Shown: positions 20,477 to 30,420 of the stretch, piece after piece
Numbering within the stretch: the stretch's first letter is position 1
How the letters are laid out: every line of letters begins with the position of its first letter
From: an uncultured cyanobacterium
GTDB taxonomy: Bacteria; Cyanobacteriota; Cyanobacteriia; Phormidesmidales; Phormidesmidaceae
NCBI GenBank assembly: GCA_963793265.1
Contig: CAWBZI010000001.1
Location: forward strand, 1,664,001-1,728,000
DNA length: 64,000 bases
Direction: 5' to 3'
Made by a program: the position numbers and the translations under genes
The notes under the pieces: generated by a model
Told to the model about the DNA's origin: nothing
The model's input: the letters and a program-made list of their open reading frames with translations, nothing else
Database searches by the model: none

Positions 20477-21973
20477 ATGAGCCAACCCAACTACGTCATG
20501 GCCCTTGATTTGGGCACCACTGGCAATCGCGCCATTATTTTTGACCGTGATGGCAAAATCAAAGGCCAAGCCTACCGAGAGCTGAAGCAGCACTATCCGC
20601 AGCCCGGCTGGCTAGAGCACGATGCAGCAGAGATTTGGCGCGAGGTGCAGTGGGCAATGAAGCAGGCGGTGGAGAAAGCTGGGATTGCAGCCGATGAGAT
20701 TGCGGCGATTGGGCTGACGGTGCAGCGCGAAACCTGCCTGCTGTGGGATAAGACGACAGGCGAGCCGCTACATAAGGCGATTGTGTGGCAGGATCGGCGA
20801 ACGGCTCCTTTGTGCGATCGCCTCCGAGCCGAAGGCAAAGCCGATCTAATCGCTGATAAAACCGGCCTAATCCTAGACGCCTACTTTTCGGCGACCAAAC
20901 TCAACTGGCTGCTAGACGCGGTAAAAAAGCAGGGTATTGACGACCTTAGCAATGTCCTAGCAGGCACCATCGACACCTGGGCCCTGTGGAACTTAACAGG
21001 CCGCAAGGTACACGCTACTGACCACAGCAACGCTAGCCGCACGATGCTTTTGAATCTGTCTACTCACGAGTGGGACAGTGAGCTGCTCGATTTATTCGAT
21101 ATTCCAGCGAGCCTGATGCCGGAGGTGCGTCCAAGCTTGGGCGAGTTTGGGATGCTGGACGCGCAGATATTGGGCGTAGAAATTCCGATCATGGCGATTT
21201 TAGGCGATCAGCAGGCGGCGCTGTTTGCCCATGGGTGCGATCGCCCCGGCCTCCTAAAATGCACCTACGGCACCGGCAGCTTCTTAGTTGCCCATACTGG
21301 CGATAAAGTAGTGCGCGCCCCTCGACTGCTCAGCACGATTGCCTGGAGCGAAAAGCAAGGCGACACTGTGAAAGTTGGCTATGCGCTAGAAGGTGCGATG
21401 TTCACAAGCGGAGCCTGCATTCAGTGGCTACGCGACGGCCTGAAGCTGTTTGAAAATGCTGCTGAGACGGCAGAGATGGCAGAGCAGGTGCCGGATAGTA
21501 ACGGCGTTTATTTTGTCCCGGCTCTGAGTGGCCTGGGTGCGCCTCATTGGGATATGACGGCGCGCGGGGCCTTTATGGGTTTGACGGGCGGTGCGACTAG
21601 AGAGCATATGGTGCGCTCGGTATTGGAGGCGATCGCCTTTCAGGTAAAAGAAGTGGTCAATGAGGCCAACGCCGCCTGCGGCACGCCGATTATGCAGCTC
21701 AAGGTAGACGGTGGCGCTTGTAATAACGACTTTTTGATGCAGTTTCAGGCCGATGCGCTGGGGATTTCGGTAGAGCGGCCAGAGGTGTTGGATGCAACAG
21801 CGCAGGGGGCAGCGTTTGCAGCAGGGCTAGCCGCTGGGTTCTGGGATGACTATCAGGCGATTGTGGGTACGCGCAAGGTGGGAAAGGTGTTTGAGCCGGA
21901 GGCCGATGCGGTGGCAGATGAGCACTTTGAAAGGTGGGAGCAGGCGGTGGAGCGGGCGAAGAAGTGGACGTAG
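20477..21973 (+). CDS. glpK: glycerol kinase
   Basis: DLGTTGNR, QRET, WQDRRT, DAYFSATK, GDQQAA, TYGTG, VDGG. Confidence 0.96.
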   Translation: MSQPNYVMALDLGTTGNRAIIFDRDGKIKGQAYRELKQHYPQPGWLEHDAAEIWREVQWAMKQAVEKAGIAADEIAAIGLTVQRETCLLWDKTTGEPLHKAIVWQDRRTAPLCDRLRAEGKADLIADKTGLILDAYFSATKLNWLLDAVKKQGIDDLSNVLAGTIDTWALWNLTGRKVHATDHSNASRTMLLNLSTHEWDSELLDLFDIPASLMPEVRPSLGEFGMLDAQILGVEIPIMAILGDQQAALFAHGCDRPGLLKCTYGTGSFLVAHTGDKVVRAPRLLSTIAWSEKQGDTVKVGYALEGAMFTSGACIQWLRDGLKLFENAAETAEMAEQVPDSNGVYFVPALSGLGAPHWDMTARGAFMGLTGGATREHMVRSVLEAIAFQVKEVVNEANAACGTPIMQLKVDGGACNNDFLMQFQADALGISVERPEVLDATAQGAAFAAGLAAGFWDDYQAIVGTRKVGKVFEPEADAVADEHFERWEQAVERAKKWT

Positions 21974-22021
21974 GGGATGGTGTTTCTTGATTGGGTGTCC
22001 TTATGTGGCGTAGGGTGCGTG

Positions 22022-22117
22022 GCCCTCACCCTAAATCCCTCTCCCAAGGGGAGAGGGACTTCAGATGTTAGAGTCCGGTTCCCTTCTCCCTCGGGGAGAA
22101 GGGCTAGGGATGAGGGC
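22022..22117. repeat. cyanobacterial dispersed palindromic element (REP/MITE-like)
   Basis: Terminal IR GCCCTCA(.)CCCTA...TAGGGATGAGGGC enclosing two hairpins TCCCTCTCCC/GGGAGAGGGA and CCCTTCTCCC/GGGAGAAGGG. Confidence 0.75.
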
Positions 22118-22238
22118 TACGAGATGTGCGCTAATCGCTTGCTACGACAAGCACTTCAGCTTTATGTTGAAGCTAACGAAAGCCAGAATGCCCCTGCAGT
22201 TTTGTTAATATTCCTCCGTTAGTTCTCAGGATGTTTCC

Positions 22239-23498
22239 ATGCCTCTACCGCTCCATCAGCAAACGCTTTCACTGGATCACAAAACATTCGCCCAAACGCT
22301 GGCGAAGACAGAAAATCTGCTGATTATTCAGGATTTAGATGGCGTCTGCATGGGACTCGTTAACGATCCGCTGACCCGCCGTATTGCGCCTGAGTACATC
22401 AAGGCGACGCAGGCGTTTGATTCGCATTTTTACGTGCTAACAAACGGTGAGCATAGCGGGCGCAGGGGCGTGAATCGGATTGTGCAGCAGAGTTTGGGGC
22501 TAGATGAGGTTGGGGTGCGATCGCAACAAGGCTATCTGCCTGGGCTCGCAGCCGGTGGCGTTCAGTGGCAGTTGCGCGATGGGGCAGTCACACATCCAGG
22601 CGTAAGTGAGGCAGAGCTGAGCTTTCTCAAAACAGTGCCGGATAAGCTTGAGGTGTGTTTGCGTCAGTTCTTTGAGCAGCACCCTCGTCCGCCTGAGCTA
22701 GAACAGAATTTAGAAACCTATCTGGCGGCGACTATTCTAGAGAATATCGCCTCACCAACGGCCAACCTTAATAGCGTGTATCCGCTGTTTTCTGAAGACT
22801 TGGAAACGTTTATCGCATTGCAAAAAGAGCTGCGATCGCACTTTGAAGATCTTCTTTCTCAAGCGACAGAGCAAGGCTTAGAAGATTCTTTTTTCATTCA
22901 CTATGCGCCTAACTTAGGCCGAGACGCTACCGGCAAAGAAATCGTTTGGTTTGCCAAAGGCAGTGAGTCAGGTACAACAGACTTTCAGTTCATGCTGCGC
23001 GGTGCGATTAAAGAAGCGGGCGTGCTGGCGTTGCTTAACCATTATTACTTTCAGCATACGGGTAGCTATCCGCTAGGTGATACGTTCAATGCCAGAGAAG
23101 CGCCGCACGATATGGACGAATTAGTTCAACTCGTTACAACAAACTTTGATCCGGAAAAAATGCCATTAATTGTTGGGGTAGGCGATACGGTAACCGCGCA
23201 ACTGCAAGAGAGTGGAGACGTGAAAAGAGGGGGAAGCGATCGCAACTTTCTCCAGCTCATTCAAAATCTTAACGGCCCGTTCGATAGCGGTAACTTGACC
23301 GTGTATGTAGACAGCAGTGGTGGCGAACTCAAAAATCGAAAGCCCTTACAAATAGAGGAGTTAGATGGCATTCAGCAGGTGATAAAAGGGCCTGGTGATG
23401 CCGCCGATCCGCTGCGATTGAACGTGGTTTTTCCGGGCGGGCATGAGCAGTATGCGCAGGTGTTAGGCGCGGCAGCTCGCGATCGTAGCGCTGTATAA
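22239..23498 (+). CDS. stpA: glucosylglycerol 3-phosphatase (GgpP)
   Basis: IIQDLDGVCMGLVNDPL, VLTNGEH, GTTDFQF, GVGDTVT, RGGSDR, VDSSGGE. Confidence 0.93.
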   Translation: MPLPLHQQTLSLDHKTFAQTLAKTENLLIIQDLDGVCMGLVNDPLTRRIAPEYIKATQAFDSHFYVLTNGEHSGRRGVNRIVQQSLGLDEVGVRSQQGYLPGLAAGGVQWQLRDGAVTHPGVSEAELSFLKTVPDKLEVCLRQFFEQHPRPPELEQNLETYLAATILENIASPTANLNSVYPLFSEDLETFIALQKELRSHFEDLLSQATEQGLEDSFFIHYAPNLGRDATGKEIVWFAKGSESGTTDFQFMLRGAIKEAGVLALLNHYYFQHTGSYPLGDTFNAREAPHDMDELVQLVTTNFDPEKMPLIVGVGDTVTAQLQESGDVKRGGSDRNFLQLIQNLNGPFDSGNLTVYVDSSGGELKNRKPLQIEELDGIQQVIKGPGDAADPLRLNVVFPGGHEQYAQVLGAAARDRSAV

Positions 23499-23795
23499 AA
23501 TGCGATGAAAAACACCGTGGTAAACGCTTAGTTTTGAGTCAATCATACTAAGTCAGCAAATTCAAGGAATATAAAGATTCAAACAAACTTGAATCTTTTT
23601 TTGGATTGCGTATAAATAGCCTGATAACTTAAAAAGCGTGCTTCTAACCGTTAAATCTTGATTCATTAGGTGCAGACTATTGGGCTATTTATCTTTGACT
23701 TGCGCGTACGGTACTCAGCCCTGTTGACTGCTGAACGCGGAGGCTAGGTGCGGCCATAGTCAATTGTTGTTGTCACTAACCCACAAGACAAACGC

Positions 23796-24908
23796 ATGGT
23801 TACGACTAAAAGCAGGAGGCTACAAGGCTGCTGCGATACCGCTTGCCCAGATAACAGCTCGGCAGCTGGCGCACCCACTATCAGCATCGGGTTACCTGTT
23901 TATAATGGTGAAAACTTTTTGGTGCAGGCCATTGAAAGCGTACTGGCCCAAACCTTTCAAGACTACGAGCTAATCATTTCTGACAATGCCTCTACAGATG
24001 CAACAGCCGCGATTTGTCGGGACTACGCGCAAAAGAGTGATCGCGTTTGCTACCACCGCAGCCCAATCAACAAAGGCCCCGCCTGGAACTACAACCGGGT
24101 GTTTCACTTAGCGCGGGGTAAATACTTCAAGTGGGCCGCGCACGATGATGTGTTCGAGCCGACTTTTTTAGAGAAGACGCTGGCCAAGCTAGAGCAAAAT
24201 CCAGCAGCGGTGCTGAGTTTTTCTCAGGTAGATATTATCGATCACGCCTCGAAACTAATTAGACCTTACAGCGTAGAGATGTCTTTGGACGCGCGGCATC
24301 CGGCCCGGCGATTTCAGGAAACAACCAGCCTGAAGCATCGGTGCTACGAAATTTTTGGCTTAATTAGAACAGGTATTTTAGCCAAAACGCCTTTGATCGG
24401 AGCCTATGCGGGCTCGGATAGAGTGCTGCTAAGTCAGTTGATTTTGCAGGGGCCGTTTGAGGTGGTGCCTGAGCCTTTGTTTAAGGCTAGAGAGCACGCC
24501 GAGCAGTCGATTGCCATGCTGCGAAAGCCCCGGCACAAGCACTTGAGAATGCACGACTATGCCATTTGGTTTGACCCTAAAAATAGGGGCAAAATTTTGC
24601 TGCCCAACTGGCGCATTCTGTATGAGTATGTGGTGGCCATTAGCGCGGTATCAATGAGCTTCACTGAGCGCGCGGCCTGCTGGCTGGTGCTGGTGCGGTG
24701 GGGATTTTCTTATTCAAACTTTGCCAAGCTGGGACGAGACTTAGCGATCGCCTCCGTCAAAATCATCAGCAGGCTCTATCCGTGGCAGGTGAGATCGCCT
24801 ATTCGTAAGGCTCCAATAGCCAAAAACCCGCCGCCTAGATCCTTATCGAGAGAGACGGCTAGAAAAGACTTGCCCAGCAAGGTTCGTAGCGGTTCGTTGA
24901 AGCGGTAG
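23796..24908 (+). CDS. glycosyltransferase family 2
   Basis: IGLPVYNGE, ISDNASTD, WAAHDD. Confidence 0.92.
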   Translation: MVTTKSRRLQGCCDTACPDNSSAAGAPTISIGLPVYNGENFLVQAIESVLAQTFQDYELIISDNASTDATAAICRDYAQKSDRVCYHRSPINKGPAWNYNRVFHLARGKYFKWAAHDDVFEPTFLEKTLAKLEQNPAAVLSFSQVDIIDHASKLIRPYSVEMSLDARHPARRFQETTSLKHRCYEIFGLIRTGILAKTPLIGAYAGSDRVLLSQLILQGPFEVVPEPLFKAREHAEQSIAMLRKPRHKHLRMHDYAIWFDPKNRGKILLPNWRILYEYVVAISAVSMSFTERAACWLVLVRWGFSYSNFAKLGRDLAIASVKIISRLYPWQVRSPIRKAPIAKNPPPRSLSRETARKDLPSKVRSGSLKR

Positions 24909-24943
24909 GAGAAAGACGGGTTGCCAGAGGTAAAGGGTGTTTC

Positions 24944-26191
24944 ATGAAAGTTGCGATTGTTAGTCAGCCTTGGGATACGTTGCAGCCTCCGGTCGGGTCG
25001 GGGTCGATTCCGATTTGGACGTATGAGACGGCAAAAAGGCTCGCGGCTAGCTGTGAGGTGGTGGTGTATGCGCGGCGCAGTGAAGATCAGCCTGTAACAG
25101 AGCGGCATGAGGGCATTGAGTACCGGCGGGTTGCCGTGGCCGGGACAAAGGTTTGTAATGCCGCAGCAAAGACGATCGCTCGCGTTAACCGTAAGTTTCG
25201 CTACCTTAGCGCTACGCTATATTATCTACCCTATGCGCTGAGGGTTGCAGTCGATGTGCGATCGCAACAGTGCGACATCATTCACATCCATAACTTCTCG
25301 CAGTTTATCCCTATCATTAGAGCGATAAACCCAACGATTAAAATTGTGCTGCACATGCACTGTGAATGGCTCAGCCAGTTCGAGCCCGCCGTCATTGCCG
25401 ACAGACTGCGCCAGAGTGACCTGGTGATTGGCTGTAGCGACTACATTACTCGTAAAATACAGGCGCGCTTTCCTGAGTTTTCAAGTCGCTGCCAAACCAC
25501 TTACAACGGCGTTGACGTTGAACAATTTAAGCCAACGCCTTCACTTAACAACAAAGATTTGAGTCTGTTGTTTGTTGGCAGAATATCGCCTGAAAAAGGA
25601 TTGCATACCCTGCTATCAGCTTTTGAAAAAGTCTCTAACCGCTTTCCAACGGCAAAGCTGTATCTGGTCGGGCCGAACAAACCGACAGCGGCTGAATTTA
25701 TTGCAGAGCTAAGTAACGAGCCAATGGTGCGAAATTTGGCTATGCTCGATCCGCCAAACTACCTCAGCAATCTTCAGCAGCAGCTACCCGATGAGCTAAA
25801 AAGAAATGTCTCTTTTACCGGCTCAGTTTCGCACTTGACGCTGCACAGCTATTTTCAGAAGGCCGCTATTCTAGTCAATCCGTCTTTGAGTGAGGCGTTT
25901 GGGATGAGCCTGGTAGAAGCCATGGCGAGCGGCGTGCCAACGGTGGCCACTCAAGTGGGCGGAATGCCGGATATTGTTGTTCCGCATGAGACTGGTCTTT
26001 TGGTTGCACCTGATCGACCGGAAGCATTAGCAGTGGCTATTAACACGCTTTTGGCAAACGATTCGCTAAGAGAGCATATGGGCAAAAAGGGGCGATCGCG
26101 AGCTGTGGACGTGTTTTCGTGGGAGGCTGTTGCGGCTACGCTACTGAGGCAGTATCGGGAATTAGGGGTGGCAGGGGGCGATCGCCCATGA
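24944..26191 (+). CDS. glycosyltransferase family 4
   Basis: YNGVD, FVGRISPEKG, EAFGMSLVEAMASG. Confidence 0.93.
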   Translation: MKVAIVSQPWDTLQPPVGSGSIPIWTYETAKRLAASCEVVVYARRSEDQPVTERHEGIEYRRVAVAGTKVCNAAAKTIARVNRKFRYLSATLYYLPYALRVAVDVRSQQCDIIHIHNFSQFIPIIRAINPTIKIVLHMHCEWLSQFEPAVIADRLRQSDLVIGCSDYITRKIQARFPEFSSRCQTTYNGVDVEQFKPTPSLNNKDLSLLFVGRISPEKGLHTLLSAFEKVSNRFPTAKLYLVGPNKPTAAEFIAELSNEPMVRNLAMLDPPNYLSNLQQQLPDELKRNVSFTGSVSHLTLHSYFQKAAILVNPSLSEAFGMSLVEAMASGVPTVATQVGGMPDIVVPHETGLLVAPDRPEALAVAINTLLANDSLREHMGKKGRSRAVDVFSWEAVAATLLRQYRELGVAGGDRP

Positions 26192-27018
26192 ACCCAATCC
26201 AAAGAACCTATCGCAGACGACTGAAGCGGGTGATGGCTACCCGGCAAATTGAAGATCTTACTCGCGCGGCAATTGTATTTGCGCCGCATCCTGACGATGA
26301 GACACTGGGCTGCGGCGGTACTATTATCCGCAAAAAAGCAGCCGGGGCCGACGTTAAAGTGGTGTTTTTGACAAACGGCAGTCGTTCTCATGCGGCGCTA
26401 ATGCCTGAAGACAAACTGAGCCAAATTCGGCAGACAGAAGCGCTACAGGCCGGACGAGCTTTGGGGCTAGGCGCTGAAGATATTACCTTTTTAGGGTTTG
26501 ACGACGGTTGTTTGAGCCAATTTAAGCTGGAGGCAAAAGCGCACGTTCGGCGGCTGCTTATGCGGCATTCAACGCCGCATTCGCCGTTAGAAATTTTTGT
26601 GCCCTATGCCCTAGAGCCGCCACCTGACCATGCGGTGACCTATGAGATTGTGGTTGCTACGCTAAATGAGCTAAACGAGCAGCTTGGCTATCAGTACGTT
26701 GTGTATGCCTATCCTATTTGGTACTGGCAGCATTGGCCGTGGATGGGCATTGGAGGGCAGAGCAAAAGAGAGACGCTGCGCATTGCTCAGGCCAGTCTTG
26801 CGGGGAGATCGGGCAATGCTTTGTTAGAAGATTTTCGGCATTCTGTCTATGTTGGTGATGTGCTAGAGCAAAAGTGGAAGGCGCTTAATCAGCACGCCTC
26901 ACAGATGAAAAGGCTACAGCCCAACTGGCCAATTTTGAAAGATGTTGCCAAAGGTGACTTTTTAGATTGTTTTTTTCAAGACTACGAGATTTTTCATAAC
27001 CCTTATGAATCAAGATAA
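26188..27018 (+). CDS. PIG-L/LmbE family deacetylase
   Basis: APHPDDETLGCGG, LTNGS, RQTEA, PPDH, HASQ; ATG overlaps GT4 stop. Confidence 0.9.
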   Translation: MNPIQRTYRRRLKRVMATRQIEDLTRAAIVFAPHPDDETLGCGGTIIRKKAAGADVKVVFLTNGSRSHAALMPEDKLSQIRQTEALQAGRALGLGAEDITFLGFDDGCLSQFKLEAKAHVRRLLMRHSTPHSPLEIFVPYALEPPPDHAVTYEIVVATLNELNEQLGYQYVVYAYPIWYWQHWPWMGIGGQSKRETLRIAQASLAGRSGNALLEDFRHSVYVGDVLEQKWKALNQHASQMKRLQPNWPILKDVAKGDFLDCFFQDYEIFHNPYESR

Positions 27019-29122
27019 GCAGGTGCCTACCGTTGATGATTTTTCAGATGCGGTGCGATTAGGCAAAGTTATTGGCACCCGAAGTAAGCGCGGTCACCTG
27101 CGACAGGGCGCTGACGCTGAAAAGATGATTTCTATCGATAACGGCGCGCTGCGAATTCGACCGATGGTGACGCCGGGGTGGGGAAGATGTGCGATCGCCT
27201 ACGGCCCCTACAAAAGAGAAGCTGGTCTTACCCTGGCCGTATTCATGCTCAACGGCCACAATGCCTCGGAAGGTAATGATATCGGGGAAACGCTCAAAGG
27301 CAGAGTTTTTCGCTGGCTCCGAGGGAGCGAAACTGAGTCTATAGGCGATCGCCTCTGGCACTGGGCTCTTAGCTCACATCACAACCACAGACTGAATCTG
27401 TTCTATCGCTGGGTGCGCAATCGTAAAGGCCGGTTTAAAGAGGGGCATTTAAAAGAGAATTTGGCGATTGGCTGGTTTGCCCAATCGGGCGCGTCAGATC
27501 CGACGGCGGCAGGAAACGCCATCGTGATGCAGTCGAGTGAGGCAGAGAATGGGACGCTTTGCGTGAGGATGAGCGATCGCCTATCTCCGGCAGTCAAAGG
27601 TGTGCAAAATCTACAAACCTATTACATTGTTGTACTTAGAGAAAAAGGTGCGGCCTATTATGCAGCCTCGTTGCCAAACACGCGCGGCCTCGGCACTTAT
27701 CCTTTTATGCGCTTAGTCGGCATCGATAGTCAAGGGAGTGATGAGACAGTTTATGCAGGCATTCATCAAGGTGCTTTGGGTCAGGTCGGGTTTCGAGTCG
27801 ATAGCCGCGTGTATGGTGCGCGCGCAGAGGTGCTCTCTGAGCTTGAGGCATGGTATGGGACGGCTCAGGTGGCCGACCGGCTGATTGGGAACGAGACGCT
27901 TGAGCAGGCTGAAGTTGGGGGGGATTGGGAGGTTGTAGAGGGAGATTTTTGTAGAACCGACCGAGGGTTGGTGGGAAAAGCGCAGCGTAATTTGGCTTTG
28001 ATCGATGGGGCCGCGGCATCTGGAGGGATTTGTGCGATCGCAACCGTTCAACAAAAGGCCCTTCCAAATAAAACATACACACATACAAACAAAGCGGCTA
28101 TCTTTTGGCGAACTCAGGACAAGAACAACAGTTGGGCGCTATGGCTGAGAAACAACAAATGTCAGCTACAGATTTGCGAAGATGGACAGTGGTTAAACAT
28201 TTCAACAGATGAAAAGAACTTGCTTTTAGCTGATGCTGATAACGCTATTCAGATCTTAGATAACGGAAATTCTTTTAGCCTTTATCTCAACGGCGTTTTA
28301 CTCTTTGATCGCTGGTTTACCGACGATAGGTTGAAAGAGGCGACAAAAATAGGGCTTTTGAGCGATCGCGCCAGCAAAACAGAAAACTTTATTTCCTTTC
28401 AAAATCTAGAATCACACCCGCGCAATATTCCCATCCCGGCTGAGCTAAAAATGGGCGCACCCTGGCAAAAGCAAGGGACGCAGATACTCGTGGCTGATAA
28501 CTTTGCAAGCAATAGGGCAAATAGCGATTTAAACGGACGACTTAGTGAGATTGGAGAGCAAACGTGGCGAAAAGAAATTGGTAAGGGCGAAATGCGGCTG
28601 ACCAACGACAAAAGCGTTCGCGTGAAAGCCTCAGCCGAACAGCCAAATCCTGGTCGATTAGCCTACACCGTCGCCTGGAAGAATCTTGAGTTTGCCGATA
28701 TTTCAGTTGATATTCTGCCACCGGGTACCGCTCGCCATCAGCGGGAAAAAGGGCGGGGGGGTCTGATCTTTTGGCAAGATGCCGATCACTATCTCATTAT
28801 TAATCACTGGCTTGATGACACCTTTGACGGCTCAGCGATGTCTGCCTTTTTGCACGTTGATGGCTTTGAAGAAATTTATGACGGGGTGTGGAGTAATTTG
28901 GCAGGTCGCATTACCTGGGGCCAGCAGCACACCTTCAGAGTCACCTTCGACGGGCTCAACTTTACCGCGCACGTCAACAAAGAACCGCTGCTCTACCGAT
29001 CGATTACAGACATTTATCCCCAGCTCAATCGGCTGCGAATCAATCGAGTCGGCATCGTTGCAAACTGGGAATGGGGACAAGATACGGGCACTACGTTCAG
29101 CAGATTTATTGGAAGAAAGTAG
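27005..29122 (+). CDS. uncharacterised 705-aa protein with repeated beta-sandwich (lectin/LamG-like) modules
   Basis: Long ORF overlapping deacetylase end; repeated D(D/N)F...IFW..D...W/Y...(N/D)G..F..Y/H.NG patterns; fold is inference. Confidence 0.65.
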   Translation: MNQDKQVPTVDDFSDAVRLGKVIGTRSKRGHLRQGADAEKMISIDNGALRIRPMVTPGWGRCAIAYGPYKREAGLTLAVFMLNGHNASEGNDIGETLKGRVFRWLRGSETESIGDRLWHWALSSHHNHRLNLFYRWVRNRKGRFKEGHLKENLAIGWFAQSGASDPTAAGNAIVMQSSEAENGTLCVRMSDRLSPAVKGVQNLQTYYIVVLREKGAAYYAASLPNTRGLGTYPFMRLVGIDSQGSDETVYAGIHQGALGQVGFRVDSRVYGARAEVLSELEAWYGTAQVADRLIGNETLEQAEVGGDWEVVEGDFCRTDRGLVGKAQRNLALIDGAAASGGICAIATVQQKALPNKTYTHTNKAAIFWRTQDKNNSWALWLRNNKCQLQICEDGQWLNISTDEKNLLLADADNAIQILDNGNSFSLYLNGVLLFDRWFTDDRLKEATKIGLLSDRASKTENFISFQNLESHPRNIPIPAELKMGAPWQKQGTQILVADNFASNRANSDLNGRLSEIGEQTWRKEIGKGEMRLTNDKSVRVKASAEQPNPGRLAYTVAWKNLEFADISVDILPPGTARHQREKGRGGLIFWQDADHYLIINHWLDDTFDGSAMSAFLHVDGFEEIYDGVWSNLAGRITWGQQHTFRVTFDGLNFTAHVNKEPLLYRSITDIYPQLNRLRINRVGIVANWEWGQDTGTTFSRFIGRK

Positions 29123-29159
29123 CGACGCGCAAAATATTTTATATTTGAAAACGCAGCAC

Positions 29160-29187
29160 TCTGTTAAGCTTTGTTAAGCAAGTTAAC
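29160..29187. promoter_or_regulatory. HLR1-like direct repeats upstream of ocp
   Basis: TGTTAAGC x2 at 10-bp period plus GTTAAC; minus strand TTAACAAA-GC-TTAACAGA, 1-2 mismatches per half to KTTACAWW. Confidence 0.35.
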
Positions 29188-29338
29188 AAAAGGATTGACT
29201 TATTGAAAACAAATACTTAGCAGCAATATACTTGTTGCCGAAGACGATTGTGCTGCAACTTTTTGGCAACTGCCAGAGAAAGCAGATGGGAGGCGATCGC
29301 CGTTTTAATTTGCCGTACTTTAATAAACTCTAGAATTT

Positions 29339-30295
29339 ATGCCATACACCGTTGCTTCTGCACGTAACATTTTTCCCAACACGCTCTCTGCTGACGCCGT
29401 TCCTGCAACGATTGCCCGGTTTTCTCAGCTCAGCGCTGAAGATCAGCTAGCCCTCATCTGGTTTGCCTACCTCGAAATGGGCCAGGGCATCACGATTGCG
29501 GCTCCGGGTGCTGCCAATATGCAGTTTGCCGAAATCACCATGAACAAAATCAAAAATATGACGCCTTTGGAGCAATCCCAGGCGATGTGTGATTTGGCAA
29601 ACCGCGCCGACACCGAAATCTCTCGCACCTACAGCACTTGGACGCCCAACATTAAGCTCGGCTTTTGGTTCAGACTTGGCGAATGGATGGAGCAGGGCTT
29701 TGTTGCGCCTATTCCTGAAGGCTACAAGCTTTCTGCTAACGCCGCCGCCATTTTGCAGTCTATTCGCGGGCTAGAGTCAGGTCAGCAAATCACCGTACTC
29801 CGTAGCTCTGTGGTAGACATGGGCTTTGACACTGGCTCAGACAGCTTTGATCGCGTTGCAGAGCCCGTTGCGCCACCTACTTCTATAGGCGATCGCACCC
29901 AAGTTTCAATCGAAGGCACCGATAACACCACCGTATTGAACTACATGAACAACCTGAACGCCAACGACTTTGGGGCGCTGATCGATTTGTTTGCGACCGA
30001 CGGTGCCTTGCAGCCTCCCTTTCGCAAGCCTATTGTTGGCAAAGAAGCCATTTCGAGATTCTTTACAGAAGAATGCCAGAACCTCAACTTGATTCCAGGA
30101 CAGGCGGTAGAAGAAGCGGCTGAAGACGGCTACAAGCAGATCAAAGTAACGGGTAAATGTCAAACGCCCTGGTTTGGTGCAGCCGTTGGCATGAACATTG
30201 CGTGGCGCTTTTTGCTTAACCCTGAAGGGAAGATTTTCTTCGTGGCCATCGATTTGCTCGCCTCGCCCAAAGAGCTATTGAACCTAGTTCGTTAA
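29339..30295 (+). CDS. ocp: orange carotenoid protein (OCP1 type)
   Basis: SARNIFPNTLSADAVP, DQLALIWFAYLEMG, QQITVLR, ALQPPF, QTPWFG, IAWRFLLNP; followed by frp. Confidence 0.97.
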   Translation: MPYTVASARNIFPNTLSADAVPATIARFSQLSAEDQLALIWFAYLEMGQGITIAAPGAANMQFAEITMNKIKNMTPLEQSQAMCDLANRADTEISRTYSTWTPNIKLGFWFRLGEWMEQGFVAPIPEGYKLSANAAAILQSIRGLESGQQITVLRSSVVDMGFDTGSDSFDRVAEPVAPPTSIGDRTQVSIEGTDNTTVLNYMNNLNANDFGALIDLFATDGALQPPFRKPIVGKEAISRFFTEECQNLNLIPGQAVEEAAEDGYKQIKVTGKCQTPWFGAAVGMNIAWRFLLNPEGKIFFVAIDLLASPKELLNLVR

Positions 30296-30420
30296 TAGCA
30301 AACGTTTGTTCTTTATAGATAGCAAATTCGCTTTAATCCCCCTTAAAATAGGCAATAAGAAAGCCTATCTTAGGGGGCTTTTTTACCAAAACCAAAACAA
30401 CGATATAAACTTCAATTGAC

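Noticed and set aside
21977..22222. 81-aa ORF between glpK and ggpP
   Set aside because: Reads through the palindromic repeat element
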